Shown: piece by piece, positions 1-14,867 of the stretch
Numbering within the stretch: position 1 is the first letter of the stretch
Layout: the number at the start of each line of letters is the position of its first letter
From: Malacoraja senta
Taxonomy: Eukaryota
Assembly: GCA_038087875.1 (NCBI GenBank)
Contig: CM075989.1
Coordinates: forward strand, 1,302,001-1,366,000
Length of the DNA: 64,000 bases
Direction of reading: 5' to 3'
The notes under the pieces: generated by a model
Told to the model about the DNA's origin: nothing
The model's input: only the letters and a program-made list of their open reading frames with translations
Databases searched by the model: none
Translations under genes and position numbers: made by a program

Positions 1-88
1 CGCGTGTGTGAGTGTGCGCATGCGCGCGCGGCCGCCAAAAGATTGTGTCCCCGTCCCCTCCATGTTTTGATAGCGAGTTCCGCTCTTG
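1..88. mobile_element. Right end of an hAT-like non-autonomous DNA transposon
   Basis: Near-identical to 46942-47030 and related to 35135-35211. Confidence 0.7.
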
Positions 89-1556
89 GTTAATAGAAAT
101 AGTATGTAACTGGGATCCCAGCACCGAGCCTTGCGGCACCCCACTAGTCACTGCATGCCATTCTGAAAAGGACCCGTTAATTCCTACTCTTTGCTTCCTG
201 TGTGCCAACCAGTTCTCTATCCATGACAATACCCTGCCCCCAATACCATGTGCTCTAATTTTGCACACCAATCTCTTGTGTGGGACTTTGTCAAAGGCTT
301 TTTGAAAGTCCAGATACACCACACCCAATGGCTCTCCCTTATCCATTCTACATGTTACATCCTCAAAGAATTTTAAAAGATTAGTCGAGCATGATTTCTC
401 CTTCATAGATCCATGCTCACCTTGACCGATCCTGTCACTGTTTTCCAAATGCGCTGCTATAACATCTTTAACAATCGACTCAAGCATCTTCCCCACTACC
501 GATGTAAAGCCCCTGTCCCACTTAGGAGACCTCCACAGCAACCTCTGGAGACCTTGCCCGCCACCCATGGTCGCTGCAAGGTCGCCACGAGGTCACTATC
601 CCTAATGGTCGAAAGTGGTTTCCGCGTGGTCGAGGATTCATCGAGGTCCCCGCTTTTTTTCATCATGATGAAAACCGGCCTCGACTAAAAATATGTCGCC
701 GTTTGGTCGAAGCCAGTTGAGTGGGGTCGCTATTTACTTACAGGCAGTCGAAGGCAATCTCCTTCACTGACCAGCCATTTTGATTGGCTCATTTGAGTTT
801 CACGACCTAGAAGACCCACCGGTAGGTAAAATGCCAGCTAAACTTTATTAAACTTCTTAAAACTGTCTCCACCCTTTCTCTCCCCTTCTCCTCCCCTTCT
901 CCCCCCTTCTCTCCATTTCTCTCCCCACTTCTCTCCCCTTCTCCCCCTTCTCTCTCCCTTCTCTCTCCTCTCTCTGCTTCTTTCTGCTTCTCTCTCCGTC
1001 TCTCCTCTTCTCCCCCCCCCCCGCGCTCTCTAAAGGACTTACTCTGTGGCAGCCGTTTACCTTCATCTTCAGACAGCGCTCCTCCACTCTCCATGGCCCC
1101 TACCTTCGTGATGTGTTTGTGTGTGTGTGTGTGTGTGCGGTCTGTAGATGCAGCTCGCGCTTCGGTCGATCCAGCTCGCGGTTTCAACGTTGCCGGTCGA
1201 TCCAGCTCGAGGCTTTCCAGGCGAGTGCCCTTGAGTGACCAAAACCTCCTGTGACCTCGTGGCGACCTTGCGGCGACCATGGGTGGCAGGCAAGGTCTCC
1301 AGAGGCTGCTGTGGAGGTCTCCTAAGTGGGACAGGGGCTTTAGGCTAACTGGTCTATAATTCCCCATTTTCTCTCTCCCTCCTTTCTTAAAAAGTGGGGT
1401 TACATTGACTACCTCCAGTCCACAGGAACTGATCCAGAGTTGAGAGAACATTGGCAAATGATCACCAATGCATCCACGATTTCTATGGTCACCTCCTAGA
1501 GTACTCTGGGATGTAGACCATCAGGCCCCGGAGATTTATCTGCCTTCGGTCCCAAC
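89..1556 (-). mobile_element. CR1-clade LINE RT fragment split by a MITE
   Basis: 89-507 and 1343-1556 are reverse-complement matches to the CR1 ORF2 at 18031 (NVTPLFKKGGREKMGNYRPVSL). Confidence 0.85.
508..1339. mobile_element. PIF/Harbinger-type non-autonomous element (MITE)
   Basis: About 88-bp TIRs beginning agcccctgtcccacttaggagacc. Flanks taa/tta (TWA). Interrupts the CR1 coding sequence. Confidence 0.85.
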
Positions 1557-3116
1557 AGTTTAGAGATACAGCGTGGAAACCGGCCCTTCAGCCCAACAAG
1601 TCTGCACCTAGCAGCAACCCCCACACATTAACATTATTCTACACACATTGGGGACAATTTACAATTTTACCAAAGTCAATTAACCTACAAACCTGTACGT
1701 CAATGGAGTGTGGGAGGAAACCAGAGCACCTGGAGAAAACCCACACAAGTCATGGGGAGAATGTACAAACTTCGTACAGACAGTGCCCGTAGTCAGGATC
1801 GAACCCAGCGAACTGGATCGGTAAGGCAGCAACTCTACCGCTGCCACCCCTGGAAGCGATGTGGAGTTGACTGGTCCTACAACCTGTACACTGACGTGCT
1901 GAGTACATGCTTCTCAATAGCACCGCTGGCAACTCTCTCCAACTTTGTCCCGAAGACTGAGTGTGCCAGTTTGGGTGAAAATCAGCTGGAGTGGGGTTTG
2001 TGTACACTCTTGGGCAATGTTCCACATTGTTGACAGGTGCCAGTACTGCTGGCTACAAGGGGACATCTTGGCTGCAGATCCTGGTGCAGTGGAATGTTGC
2101 TCTGGCCAGCGAGCTGCACTGCATCTCGATATTACTCAATATTTCATTCTTTAGTTTAGTGTAGTGTCGAGATACAGCACAGAAACAGGCCCTTCGGCCC
2201 GCCAAGTCTGCGCCGACCAGTGATCTCTGCACACTTACACTATCCGACACACACGAGGGACAATTTACAATTATAAAAGCCAATTAACCTACAAACCTGC
2301 ACGTCTTTGGAGTGTGGGAGGAAACTGGAGATCCCGGAGAAAACTCCACAGGTCACGAGAATGTAAAACTGTACAGACGGCCCCCTTAGTCAGGATCGAA
2401 CCTGGGTCTCTGGCGCTGTAAGGCAGCAACTCTACCACTGTGCCACCGTGCCACCGTGCCACCCACGGTTTCATGATGTCAGTACAAGTGGACAAATTGA
2501 TTCCAGTCTTTCCTTTCTGACTCCAAAATTCACTCTGTACCTCAGATGGTTGCAATCTCTCTTACCTTATCCATTCGGGCCAGCGGCAATGTGCATGATA
2601 CTACCTCCCCTCAGTAGTTGTCCACCATCACTCACCGCGGGCTCGGGGGTATTGATGTAACCTGTTCACTGTGAATCAGTGAGGTGACTGCATTCTGTGT
2701 TCAGTGCTTAGCATCATGGGGACTGGAGATGCTTCGTCATAGTTTGACCCCTCATTGCCAGCCACACCCTACAACTCCTGGCATCACCACCAAGCTCGCC
2801 ATTGTGATCTGGCCAGATGGTATTGCTTGAGTGATGGGCACATTGAATGATACGGTTGCCAGTGGAGAACGGACCCAGTCCTGCTGCTAATGGAGCAAAG
2901 ACCCCTTGAATGCCCAAGTTTGAACTGCCAGATCTGTGTCAAATCTATCCCATTTGGCACACTGGTAATGGTGTCGGTCTTGGTATTGCTTTATGATTGT
3001 CACGTATGATCAAAAATGTTGTTTTGTGAGTTATCCAGGAAACTCATTCCGTACATGAGTGTGTCAGTTCAAAAGACCATATAAGCAGTGTGCAGAATAT
3101 AGTGTTACAGCCACAG

Positions 3117-3415
3117 GGCATCACGGTGGCGCAGCGGTAGAGTTGCTGCCTTACAGCGCCAGAGACCAGGGTTCGATCCTGACTACGGGTGCTGTCTGTA
3201 CGGAGTTTGTACGTTTTCCCTATCTGCGTGGGTTTTCTCCAGGTGCTCTGGTTCCCCCACACTCCAAAGATGTACAGATTTGTAGGTTAATTGGCTTTGG
3301 TAGAATTGTACATTGGTGGTCGTTGGTAGGATAGTGCGAATGGTCACTAGTCAGCATGGACTCAGTGGGCTGAAGGGCCTGTTTCTGCACTGTATCTCTA
3401 AAGTAAAGTCTAAAG
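3117..3415 (+). mobile_element. tRNA-derived SINE (HE1/V-SINE-like), representative of many copies
   Basis: A-box ggtggcgcagcggtagag, B-box gggttcgatcct, tail ending tgtatctctaaa. Other copies at about 1557-1845(-), 2150-2460(-), 23512-23815, 38860-39105, 40195-40412(-), 40687-41022, 44710-45012, 61940-62248 and 62545-62832(-). Confidence 0.85.
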
Positions 3416-3459
3416 ACACAGAGTAAGAGTACATTTATAAAAGGTAGATTGGAAGATTG

Positions 3460-3995
3460 GGAACTCATCCCCAAGGCTCTATCAAGAGTATTGCGTGTGG
3501 TTCTGGTCACACCATTACTGGAAGGATGTGGAGACTTTGGAGAGGGTGCAGAGGAGGTTCACCGGAATGCTGCATTAGAGGGTTTCAACTACAAGGAGAG
3601 GTTGAATAAACTTGGGTTGTTTTCTTTGCAATGTCAGAGATTGAGGGGAGACTTGATAGAAGTATATAACATTATGAGAGACATAAGGAGGGCAGACAGT
3701 CAGAACTTTTTTCCCAGGGTGGATATATTCAACACTAGAGAGCATAGTTATAGGGTGAGAGGGAGAAAGTTTAATGGAGATGTGTGGGGTGTTTTTTACA
3801 CAGAGGGTGATGGGGGCCTGGAACGTATTGCCTGGGGTGGTGGTGGAGGCAGATACGATAGTGGTGTTTAGGAGGCTTTTAGATAGGCACATGGAAGTGC
3901 AGGGGGTAGAGGGATAGGGATCATGTACAGGCAGACAAGATCAGTTTAACTGGGCATCATGTTCAACACAAACATTGTGGGCTTTAGGACTCGTT
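3460..3995 (+). mobile_element. CR1 LINE 3' fragment
   Basis: NYKERLNKLGLFSLQCQRLRGDLIEVY is the CR1 ORF2 C-terminus. Confidence 0.8.
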
Positions 3996-4399
3996 CCTGT
4001 GCTGTTGCTCGTATGCACTGTGGTATCAAATGTGTTGTCTCTAAATCCTCAGTGATGACTGGTCCAGTGGCAGACCACCACATTACCAAGCCCCGAATGC
4101 TGCAACCCCCTTCCCGACTACCTTTGGCTGTTGAGGCCTTTCAGTTTCATTCTCAACAACACAGTTTAACGAGTCTCATGAGCTCCCCTTAATGCTGATA
4201 TTAGAAAATGCACCATTATTATACATTCTTCCTCTGTTCCTCTCAAGGTAAGTGGAATGTTAACCTTCACTTCAACACATAGCTCGCAATCAGCTATTCA
4301 ACGAATTATGATAAATACCATTTAATAAAATAACCAGGCATTGTTGCCAGGTAGCTAACCTTTCAATAGTAGAGAAGTGAGTTCAGTCGGAGGTGAATT

Positions 4400-4917
4400 A
4401 GAAACATAGAAAATAGGTGCAGTAGGAGGCCATTCGGCCCTTCGAGCCAGCACCGCCATTCATTGTGATCATGGCTGATCGTCCCGTATCAATAACCCGT
4501 GCCTGCCTTCTCCCCATGTCCCTTGACTCCACTAGCCCCTAGTGCTCTATCTAAGTCCCTCTTAAATCCATCCAGTGATTTGTCCTCCACTGCCCTCTGT
4601 GGCAGGGAATTCCATAAATTCACAACTCTCTGGGTGAAAACGTTTTTTCTCACCTCAGTCTTAAATTACCTCCCCTTTATTCTAAGACTGGCCCCTGGTA
4701 CTGGACTCGCCCCACATTGGGAACATTGTTCCTGCATCTAGCTTGTCCAGTCCTTTTATTATTTGATATGTTTCGATAAGATCCTTCTAAATTCCAGTGA
4801 ATACAAGCCTAGTCTTTTCAATCTTTCCTCAAATGACAGTCCCGCCATCCCAGGGATCAATCTCGTGAACCTACGCTGCACTGCCTCAATCACAAGGATG
4901 TCCTTCCTCAAATTAGG
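4400..4917 (-). mobile_element. CR1 LINE 3' fragment
   Basis: Reverse complement of the 3' end seen at 12890-13415. Confidence 0.8.
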
Positions 4918-7900
4918 AGGAATTGTTCATGCAGTGTATATAAATTGTGAATCAGGCGACTGCCAGAGTAAACACACTGCAAGGTTACTTCACTAATCTT
5001 CAACTCCATGAACAAGGGAGTTGAAATGTTTGGGGAACAGTCTATAAAACAGCTACCTGGGAATATATTTCTGATGTTGTCAAGCTGGAAAGAGTACAGA
5101 GAAGATTTACGTTGCCAGGACTCGAGGGTCTGAGCTAGGGAGAGGTTGAGTAGGCTGGGACACTATTCCTTGGAGCACAGGAGGATGAGGGGTGATCTTA
5201 GTGAGGTGTATAAGATCATGAGAGGAATAGATCGGGTAGATGCACTTGTCCAGAGTAGGTGAATCGTGGACCAGAGGACATAGGTTTAAGGTGAAGGGGA
5301 AAAGATTTAATAGGAATCTGAGGGATAACATTTTAACACAGAGGGTGGTGGGTGCATGGAACAATCGTCCTGAGGAGGTAGTTTAAGCAGGGATTAGTAC
5401 AGGTGTCAGGGGTTATGGAGAGAAGGCAGAAGAACGGGGTTAGGAGAGATAGATCAACCGTGATGAATGGCGGAATAGACTTGATTGGCCGAATGGCCTA
5501 ATTCTGCTCCTATCACTTATGACCTTATGGCCTTGTGACTATCCCAATGTTTAAGAGATATTTAGACAGGTACATGGGTAGGACATGTTTGGAGGGATAT
5601 GGGCCAAACGCGGGCAGGTGGGACTAGTGTAGCTGGGACATGTTGGCCAATGTGAGCAAGTTGGGCCGAAGGGCCTGTTTCCATGCTGTATCACTCTATG
5701 ACTATGATGTTATTTCAATCTAACCCTCTTGCCAGGAAACTAATACAATGGTTTGGTTTTCCATTGCTCCCGAGGTCAAATGTGGTGGATCAGGACTCAT
5801 TCTTGCTCATTTATTTTGTATTAATTGTCCAGATCTATTCATTACCTGCAAAGCCAGTAATCTTTGATAGAGGGCTACAGTTTTCAGATGAAGGTAATGT
5901 CCCCATGTTGCTGAACAGGGAATATTGGATCCAGCACTGATGAAGGGCTGGTGATATATTTCCAAGTCAGGATGCGCATGGCTTGGAGGGAGAGCTGCTT
6001 CGTGGTAGCTCCATGGCTTTGAGAGGTGCTATCAGAGTGGACTGGGTAAGTGCAGTGCATTTTGTAGATTATACACTGTATGCTGATAGTGGAGGAAACA
6101 AAGGGTTAGAGTGGTTGATTAGGTGACATACTAGCAGAATGGGGTGAGGAGGGAGAGACAGATAAGCTACCATTGAATGGCCGAGTAGACTTGATGGGCC
6201 AAATGGCCTAATTCTGATCCTATGACTTATGAATACTTTTTCCAGGATGGTGTTGAGCTTCTTGACCCCCAGGGTATTGGTGTCAGAGGACCAAGTGATG
6301 GTCATGCCATTGAGTGCCAGCGGTTGTTAGTTAGCTGCTCATTGGACATGGCCATTGTTTGTCTCCGATGGGGTCTCATGTTTTACCAGTTACTCATTAG
6401 CCCTTGCCTCAATATTATCTAGATCTGGCTGAGGAGTTGCAAATATAACTGAATATTACACAATCAACAGCAAACTATAGGGTAGAGAAGCAAGAACTAG
6501 AGGGTATCAGTTTAAGGAAAGAAGGGAAAGATTTAAGAGGAACCCCAGTGGAAATCATTTCATAGTGAGCATGCTGGATATATGGAGCAAGCTGCCAGAG
6601 GAGGCAGGTACTTTAACAGCATATAAAATACATTTGCACAGATACAAGGATAGAAGGATATGAGCTTAGTTGGGGCATCTTGGCCAGCATTACAAGTTGG
6701 TCAAAGGACCTGTTGCCGTGCTGCATGACTCCATAAATTGATGATGGAAAGAATATCATTGAAGCAGCTGAAGAAGGCTATCTCTCGGACATGATCCTGG
6801 GGAACTCTTCCCGGGATGTCCTGGGACTTCCATTGACCACAACCAGTGGAGATGAGTGATGCTTTGTGAGGTACCATTCTGACCATTGGAATGTTCTCCA
6901 CTTGATGCCCATTAGGTTTTGTTTGATTAGGGTGGCTGGATTGTTGCACCCTGTCAAACGCTGCCTTGATTTCAAAGCCTGTCACTGTCCCCCACCTTCG
7001 GAATCCAACTCTGTGGTCTACATTTGGACTGAGGCTCTGATCTGCCCACCTTCAAAATCCAATTCTAAGTACATCTGGACCGAGGTTCTGATGGAGCCTG
7101 CAGCTGAGAAAAACTCAAAACTGTGCGTTGATGAGCACGTTATGAGCATGTGCAACACGGTGGTGTTGCTGCCTCACAGCGCCAGAGACCCAGCTTCAAT
7201 CCTGACTAAGGGTGCTGTCTGTACAAAGTTTGTACGTTCTCCCTGTGACTGCGTGGGTTTTCTCCAGCTGCTCCGGTTTCCTCCCATATGTACAGGTTTG
7301 TTGGTTAATTGACTTCTGCAAATTGTAAATTGTCCCTAGTATGTAGGATAACGCTAGTTTACGGGGTGTACGGGGCCACATTTAAGAATAAGGGGTAAGC
7401 TATTTAGAACAGAGATGAGGAAAAACTTTTTCACACAGAGGGTTGTGGATCTGTGGAATTCTCTGCCACAGAAGGCAGTGGAGGCCAATTCTGGATGCTT
7501 TCAAGAGAGAGTTAGATGGAGTTCTTAAAGATATGGGGAGAAGGCAGGGGATATGGGGAGAAGGCAGGAATGGGGTACTGATTGTGGAGGATCAGCCATG
7601 ATCACTGTGAATGGCGGTGCTGGCTCGAAGGGCCGAATTGGCCTACTCCTGCACCTATTGTCCATTGTCTATTGTGACCACAGGTTGGTACGGACTCGAT
7701 GAGCCGAAGGTCTTGTTTCTGTGCTGCTTCTCTAAACTAAACTAAACGTATTGAGCCAACTTGGGGGCACCATCGATAATGACTTCCAGCACTTTGCTGA
7801 TGACTGAGAGTGGACTGGTTGAGTGATTAATTGAAAGGCTTAGATCTGTTTGGCTTTATGTGATGACAATGTACCCGGGCTATTTCCCATCTTGTTGCGT

Positions 7901-10651
7901 AGAACAGCTACAGGTGCAGCAGGTTCATGAGCTTCGGTCTTCAGTACCACCACTTGGATATTGTCCGGATCTGTAGCCTTCCATTCATTCCATACCATCT
8001 GCCAACTCATGTTCTAACAGATAGTGAATCAAACTAGCTGCAGATTGATTCTGTGATGGAGGTGATATGATGGAGTCATAGAGTCTTACAGTGTGGAAAC
8101 AAGCCCTTCAGCCCAACTTGCCCACACTGACCAACATGTCCCATCTACACCAGTCCCACCTACCTGCATTTGGCCCATATCTCTCCAAACCTGTCCAAAT
8201 GTTTCTTAAACGTTGGGATAGTCCCTGCCTCAACTACCTCCTCTGGCAGCTTGTTCCATACACCCACCACCCTTTGTATAAAATAGTTCCCCATCAGGTT
8301 CCTATTAAATCTTTACCCGTTCACCTTAAACCCATGTCTTTTGATTCTCGATTCCTCTACTCTGGGCAAATGGCCGTGCATTTACTCGATCTATTCATCT
8401 CATATAATGTTGTACACCTCTATAAGATTGCCACTCATTCACCTGCGCTCCTATGAGCAGAGTGCTAGATTGTTCAACTCCCTATAGCTCAGGCCCTTGA
8501 GTCCTGGCAACATCACCGTAAATCTTCTCTGCTCCCTTTCCAGCTTGGCATCCTCTTATAATATGATGACCAAAACTGAACACAATACTCTAAATGTGGC
8601 CTCAGAATGTCATTGTGACTTGGTGTCCATAAGAGTGAAACAAAAAACTGCAGGTGCTGGAATCCTGAGCAAAGGACAAAGTGCTTGAGGAACGCAATGG
8701 GTCAGAGAGTATAGCAGAGCAAATGGATAGATGATATCTTGGGTCGGGACACTTTTTTGAAGAAAGGTTCCAACCCGAAATATCGTCTATCCTTTATCCT
8801 CCACAGATGCTGCCTGACCCAATTAATTCCTCCATGGCGAATTGAACAGTAAGTAAAATTTGTGCCTCAAGTATTTCTGGAGCTATCTACAGTAAGTGTG
8901 AGCTGGCTCAAGTGGAGAATGATACTTCAATACAATACTCCAATTATACTGCACAAGGAAAAAGCTTTTTATTGCTCTTAGTATGAAGCCAAACATTTAC
9001 ACTGGGACTTGCAGCCCAAAGGACAATGAGTCTCCACTCACTCCCTCTGCACTTAATTCAGTAGGATGGACCTGTGTTATCTCTTGACCTCACCCTTTTG
9101 TCTTTCTCACAGCAGAGTTTATTTCAACAATTTGTGGAGAAGCTGCCAGGATTGAGCAACCTTCACTCAGAGTGCTGCAGCTTTGCTGGCAATTCCTGCT
9201 TGAGCTTAACATTCAGCTCCACGTTTCCTTGCACCCAGGATTCTGTACAATTGAGAGAAGGGCCCTTGTGTTAATTCACATCACAGCACGCCCTCCCCAC
9301 CCTGGTGTGGGTGGGCTCGACAGGGCTGCCATCCAAACTCCCAGTTGGCAGCGGCACATATCTGAGGCGCATATGTCAAATTTGCTTTTGTCAATAAAGC
9401 ACCAACTGTCTCTTTAGCACATTGCATAGTTTAGACCCTGTCACTGTTTTAATGAGGCTTCTACTCCATCCCTCCCTGCACAAGCATTTGCCACTCCAGT
9501 CTCTCACAGTTCACAGCAGGAGAGTGACATTTGTTCTTAAGTCGACCTGAGCTGAGGGTTTAACAGGAGTTTGCTCTCAAAGCCTTGGAACGGAAAGGAA
9601 TTACCATAATAAATTTGAATACTTGATTTGGATGCTTGGCTTGTGTGCTCGCCCCTCATTATGAAGGAAGTATTGAGCTTGAAGCAGCTAGCACGGAGAA
9701 CACAGAAGTGTCATTGTAGCGAGAACCAGGAGCGAGCAGGGAAAGGCTCCCACATGCTGATGGTGGGAGAAAAGCTGAGACTAGATGGCACAACTCTGCA
9801 AGATCTCTACTCCGGCTCCGATCCGGATGCTGTGACCACAGGGAATGCTGTAGGTTAATTACAGGTTGCAAGGAATGTTTCACGGTGCCTTCCTCCCGAT
9901 CCAAAGTGTAATGAGTTTAACTTTGACTCCATACACTGAGGCTGTGTTATTGTTGAGATAATTCTGGGCCACTGCTGGAGATGCGATGGTTTTACTGATT
10001 AATGGTACAGCCGACATCTGTTCTGGAGTCTGTCAGTGGATTTGCCACTTGCAATTTCTCAAATAAATTGTCAGCAGTTTCTCAGCAGAGCCTCAAAGGT
10101 AAAGGAAGTGGTCTTTTAAATGCTGGCAGGTGTGGTAAATGAACAAAAGACCACTTTAATTCTCCTTCCCATTCCCACAGACCTTTCTGTCCTCGGTCTC
10201 CTCCATTGTCAGTGAGGCTAAATGCAAATTGGAGGAACAGCATCTCATATTTTGCTTGGGCAGCTTACAGTCAAGCGGTATGAATTTTGATTTCTCTCAA
10301 TTCAGGTATTCCCGGCATTCCTTCTCTCTTTATCCCTCCCCCACCGTCACACCAGCATCTCGTTTTCACCCAATAAACAGGTAACAATGGCCTGTTTCCT
10401 TTAGCATTCTTACCTTTGTGCATATCTTTCATTCATTGTTCTTTATATCCCTACATCATCGTCTATATCTCTTGATTCACTAATCCCTAACCAGTGTGAA
10501 GAAACATCACCCATTTCTTCTCTCCACAGATATTGCCTGTCTCACTGAGTTACTCCAGCTTTTTGTGTGTATCTTCAGCATCTGCAGTTCCTTCCTACAC
10601 AAAGAATAGGAGGGATGGGTCCACACTCCTTGAGTCCTCTCCGCTATTAAT

Positions 10652-13425
10652 GACTATGAAATAGTTGGGATCACAGAGACATGGCTACAGGGTGACCAAG
10701 GCTGGGAGCTGAACATCCAGGGATATTCAATATTCAGGAGGGATAGACAGAAAGGAAAAGGAGGTGGGGTAGCGTTGCTGGTTAGAGAAGAGATTAACAC
10801 AATAGAAAGGAAGGACATTAGCTTGGAGGATGTGGAATCGATATGGGTAGAGCTGCGAAACACTAAGGGGCAGAAAACGCTAGTGGGAGTTGTGTACAGA
10901 CCACCTAACAGTAGTAGTGTTGTTGGGGATGGCATCAAACATGAAATTAGAAATGCGTGCAACAAAGGTAAAACAGTTATAATGGGTGACTTCAATCTAC
11001 ATATAGATTGAGTGAATCAAATTGGGAGGGGTGCTGAGGAACAGGATTTCTTGGAATGTATGCGGGATAGTTTTCTAAACCAACATGTAGAGGAACCAAC
11101 GAGAGAGCAGGCTATTCTAGACTGGGTATTGAGTAATGAGGAAGGGTTAGTTAGCAGTCGTGTTGTGCGTGGCCCCTTGGGCAAGAGTGACTATAATATG
11201 GTTGAGTTCTTCATTAGGATGGAGAGTGACATAATTAATTCAGAAACAAGCGTTCTGAACTTAAAGAATGGTAACTTTGAGGGTATGAGATGTGAATTGG
11301 CCAAGATAGACTGGCAATTGATTCTTAAAGGGTTGATGGTGGATATGCAATGGAAGGCATTTAAAGGCTGTATGGATGAAATACAACAATTGTTCATCCC
11401 AGTTTGGCAAAAGAATAAATCAAGGAAGGTAGTGCATCCGTGGATAACAAGGGAAATCAGGGATAGTATCAAAACAAAAGATGAAGCATACAAATTAGCC
11501 AGAAAAAGCAGCCTACCAGAGGACTGGGAAAAATTCAGAGTCCAGCAGAGGAGGACAAACGGCTTAATTAGGAAATGGTAAATAGATTATGAAAAAAACC
11601 TGGCAGGGAACATAAAAACTGACTGCAAAAGTTTTTACAGATATGTGAAGAGAAAAAGATTAGTTAAAACAAATGTAGGTCCCTTGCAGTCAGAAACAGG
11701 TGAATTGATCATGGGGAACAAGGACATGGCAGACCAATTAAATAACTACTTTGGTTCTGTCTTCACTAAGGAAGACATAAATAATCTGCCGGAAATAGCA
11801 GGGGACCGGGGGTCAAATGAGATGGAGGAGCTGATTTAAATCCAGGTTAGCCGGGAAGTGGTGTTAGGTAAATTGAATGGATTAAAGGCCGATAAATCCC
11901 CAGGGCCAGATATGCTGCATCCGAGAGTACTTTAGATTTTGGTGTAGTTCCTGAGGATTGGAGGTTAGCTAATGTAACCCCACTTTTTAAAAAGGGAGGG
12001 AGAGAGAAAACGGGGAATTACAGACCAGTTAGTCTAACATCGGTAGTGGGGAAACTGCTAGAGTCAGTTATTAAAGATGGGATAGCAGCACTTTTGGAAA
12101 GTGGTGAAATCATTGGACAAAGTCAGCATGGATTTATGAAAGGTAAATCATGTCTGACGAATCTTATAGAATTTTTCGAGGATGTAACTAGTAGAGTGGA
12201 TAAGGGAGAACCAGTGGATTTGTATCTGGACTTTCAGAAGGCTTTCGACAAGGTCCCACATAAGAGATTAGTATACAAACGTAAATCACACGGTATTGGG
12301 GGTTCAGTATTGATGTGGATAGAGAACTGGCTGGCAAACAGGAAGCAAAGAGTAGGAGTAAATGGGTCCTTTTCACAATGGCAGGCAGTGACTAGTGGGG
12401 TACCGCACGGCTCAGTGCTGGGACCCCAGCTATTTACAATATATATTAATGATTTGGACGAGGGAATTGAATGCAACATCTCCAAGTTTGCGGATGACAC
12501 GAAGCTGGATGGCAGTGTTAGCTGTGAGGAGGATGCTAGGAGGCTTCAAGGTGACTTGGATAGGCTGGGTGAGTGGGCAAATGCATGGCAGATGCAGTAT
12601 AATGTGGATAAATGTGAGGTTATCTACTTTGGTGGCAAAAACAGGAAAGTAGACTATTATCTGAATGGTGGTCGATTAGGAAAAGGGGAGATGCAACGAG
12701 ACCTGGGTGTCATGGTACACCAGTCATTGAAAGTAGGCATGCAGGTGCAGCAGGCAGTGAAGAAAGCGAATGGTATGTTAGCATTCATAGCAAAAGGATT
12801 TGAGTATAAGAGCAGGGAGGTTCTACTGCAGTTGTACAGGGTCTTGGTGAGACCACACCTGGAGTATTGCGTACAGTTTTGGTCTCCTAATCTGAGGAAA
12901 GACATTCTTGCCATAGAGGGAGTACAGAGAAGGTTCACCAGACTGATTCCTGGGATGTCAGGACTTTCATATGAAGAAAGACTGGATAGACTTGGCTTGT
13001 ACTCGCTAGAATTTAGAAGATTGAGGGGGATCTTATAGAAACTTACAAAATTCTTAAGGGCTTGGACAGGCTAGATGCAGGAAGATTGTTCCCAATGTTG
13101 GGGAAGTCCAGAACAAGGGGTCACAGTTTAAGGATAAATGGGAAATCTTTTAGGACCGAGATGAGAAAAACATTTTTTCACACAGAGAGTGGTGAATCTC
13201 TGGAATTCTCTGCCACAGAAGGTAGTTGAGGCCAGTTCATTGGCTATATTTAAGAGGGAGTTAGATGTGGCCCTTATGGCTAAAGGTATCAGGGGGTATG
13301 GAGAGAAGGCAGGTACATTATACTGAGTTGGTCGATCAGCTATGATCATATTGAATGGTGGTGCAGGCTCGAAGGGCCGAATGGCCTACTCCTGCACCTA
13401 TTTTCTATGTTTCTCTGGTTCTATT
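10652..13425 (+). mobile_element. CR1 LINE ORF2 (APE endonuclease and RT), 5'-truncated, with stops and an internal deletion near 11931
   Basis: EIVGITETW, GVVYRPPN, IMGDFN, DFQKAFDKV, KFADDTKL. 3' UTR ends in ctatgtttc-like repeats. Confidence 0.93.
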
Positions 13426-14867
13426 CAGTTAGATTGTGACGGAACTGGGCCATTTCACTTCTTTGTGTAAAAAGGAACATTCATTCCAGAGACGCGGCCT
13501 GTCCCACTGAGTTACTCCAGCATTTTGTGTCTCTGATTTCTCTTCCTTGGTCACCACCATCCCATGATCCCTATACAGTCCAAAACACCATCAATCTTGG
13601 CTTTACTCCCTAGTTGCAGAATCTCTGGTTATTCTCCAACTCTTTGCTTAAAGAATCTTAAACATTCCTAAAGCTCTGATTAGAATAATAGATTCATAGT
13701 CATGCAGCTCGGAAACAGGCCCTTGGGGCCAACTTGTCAGGTTCCTATTAAATCTTTCCACACTCACCTTAAACCTATACTGTCACTTTCTGCTTTTCCC
13801 TACCATGAGTAAAAGTCTATGTGTATTCACCCCTTGCCCCTCATAATGTTATACCCCTCCTAAGAGCAAATGATAGGCTTGGCCTTTAACTGACATTGAC
13901 TTGAAAGGCCAAATGACCTCGTACGATTTGGCAGGTTTTGTGTGATTATCTTGGTTATTCCTGCAGACAGTCGCTCATTCACCCAATGATTTTATTTTCA
14001 TTTGTTGACAGATAACTAGCACAACTAGTGCACACTTTCCTGTGATATTTGCCGCACTCTGATCCTAAGCTGCTGATGCAAGGCTCTTGTCCTCCTCTTT
14101 CTCATTTGGAGTCTTGCATACAATTCTGGTTGCCCCATTACTAGAATGATGTGGAGGCTTTGGAGAGGATGCAGAGGAGGTTTACTAGAATGATGCCTGG
14201 ATTAATGGCTACTGGCTACAGGGAGAGGTTGGACAGGCTTGGATTGATTTTTCTGGAACATCAGAGGCTGATGGGAGACCTGATAGAAGTATAGAAGATT
14301 ATGAGAGGCATAGATAGGCTAGACAATCAAACTGACACTTTATCCCAGAGCAGAAATGTCCAAATATTAGTGCATATAAGAGGCTTTTAGATAGGAGTGT
14401 AGATATGCAGAAAATGGAGGGTTATGTGCAGGCAAAGGAGAGTGTCTTGACATGATGTCCGGCACAGATATCGTGGGCTGAAGGGCCTGTTCCTGCGCTG
14501 TATTGCTCTATGTCCTATGTTTTTCCCTCTGTCCTTATTGCCTTAAGTAATGTTTTCTATTGTGCTTTAGAGTGGTGGAATGGGAGAGTGCAATTCAACT
14601 CACCGTGTCTGCGGCAACTCTGCAATCAACCTGCCCTGATACTTGGCTTAACCTCTTATCCAGCACCTCATGTTGTGCAGCTTGGGTAGCTTACAACCCA
14701 GATGTATGAATGTTGAATACTCTAATTTGAAGTAACTGCCACCTATACTCCTCTACAATATCTTTACAAAGATTATATCTTTGGTATAAACCAGCATCTG
14801 AAGTTCTTTGTTTCTACATGAAAACAGGCCATTTGGCTCAACAATCATGCCAACCATAACTCTCTAA

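Noticed and set aside
3117..3190. tRNA-like sequence
   Set aside because: It is a SINE head: it continues into the SINE body and tail and recurs many times.
9628..9858. 76-aa ORF as a possible AGBL1 exon
   Set aside because: No similarity to the expected upstream CCP sequence (HPGE...NPDGV) and no convincing splice pair.
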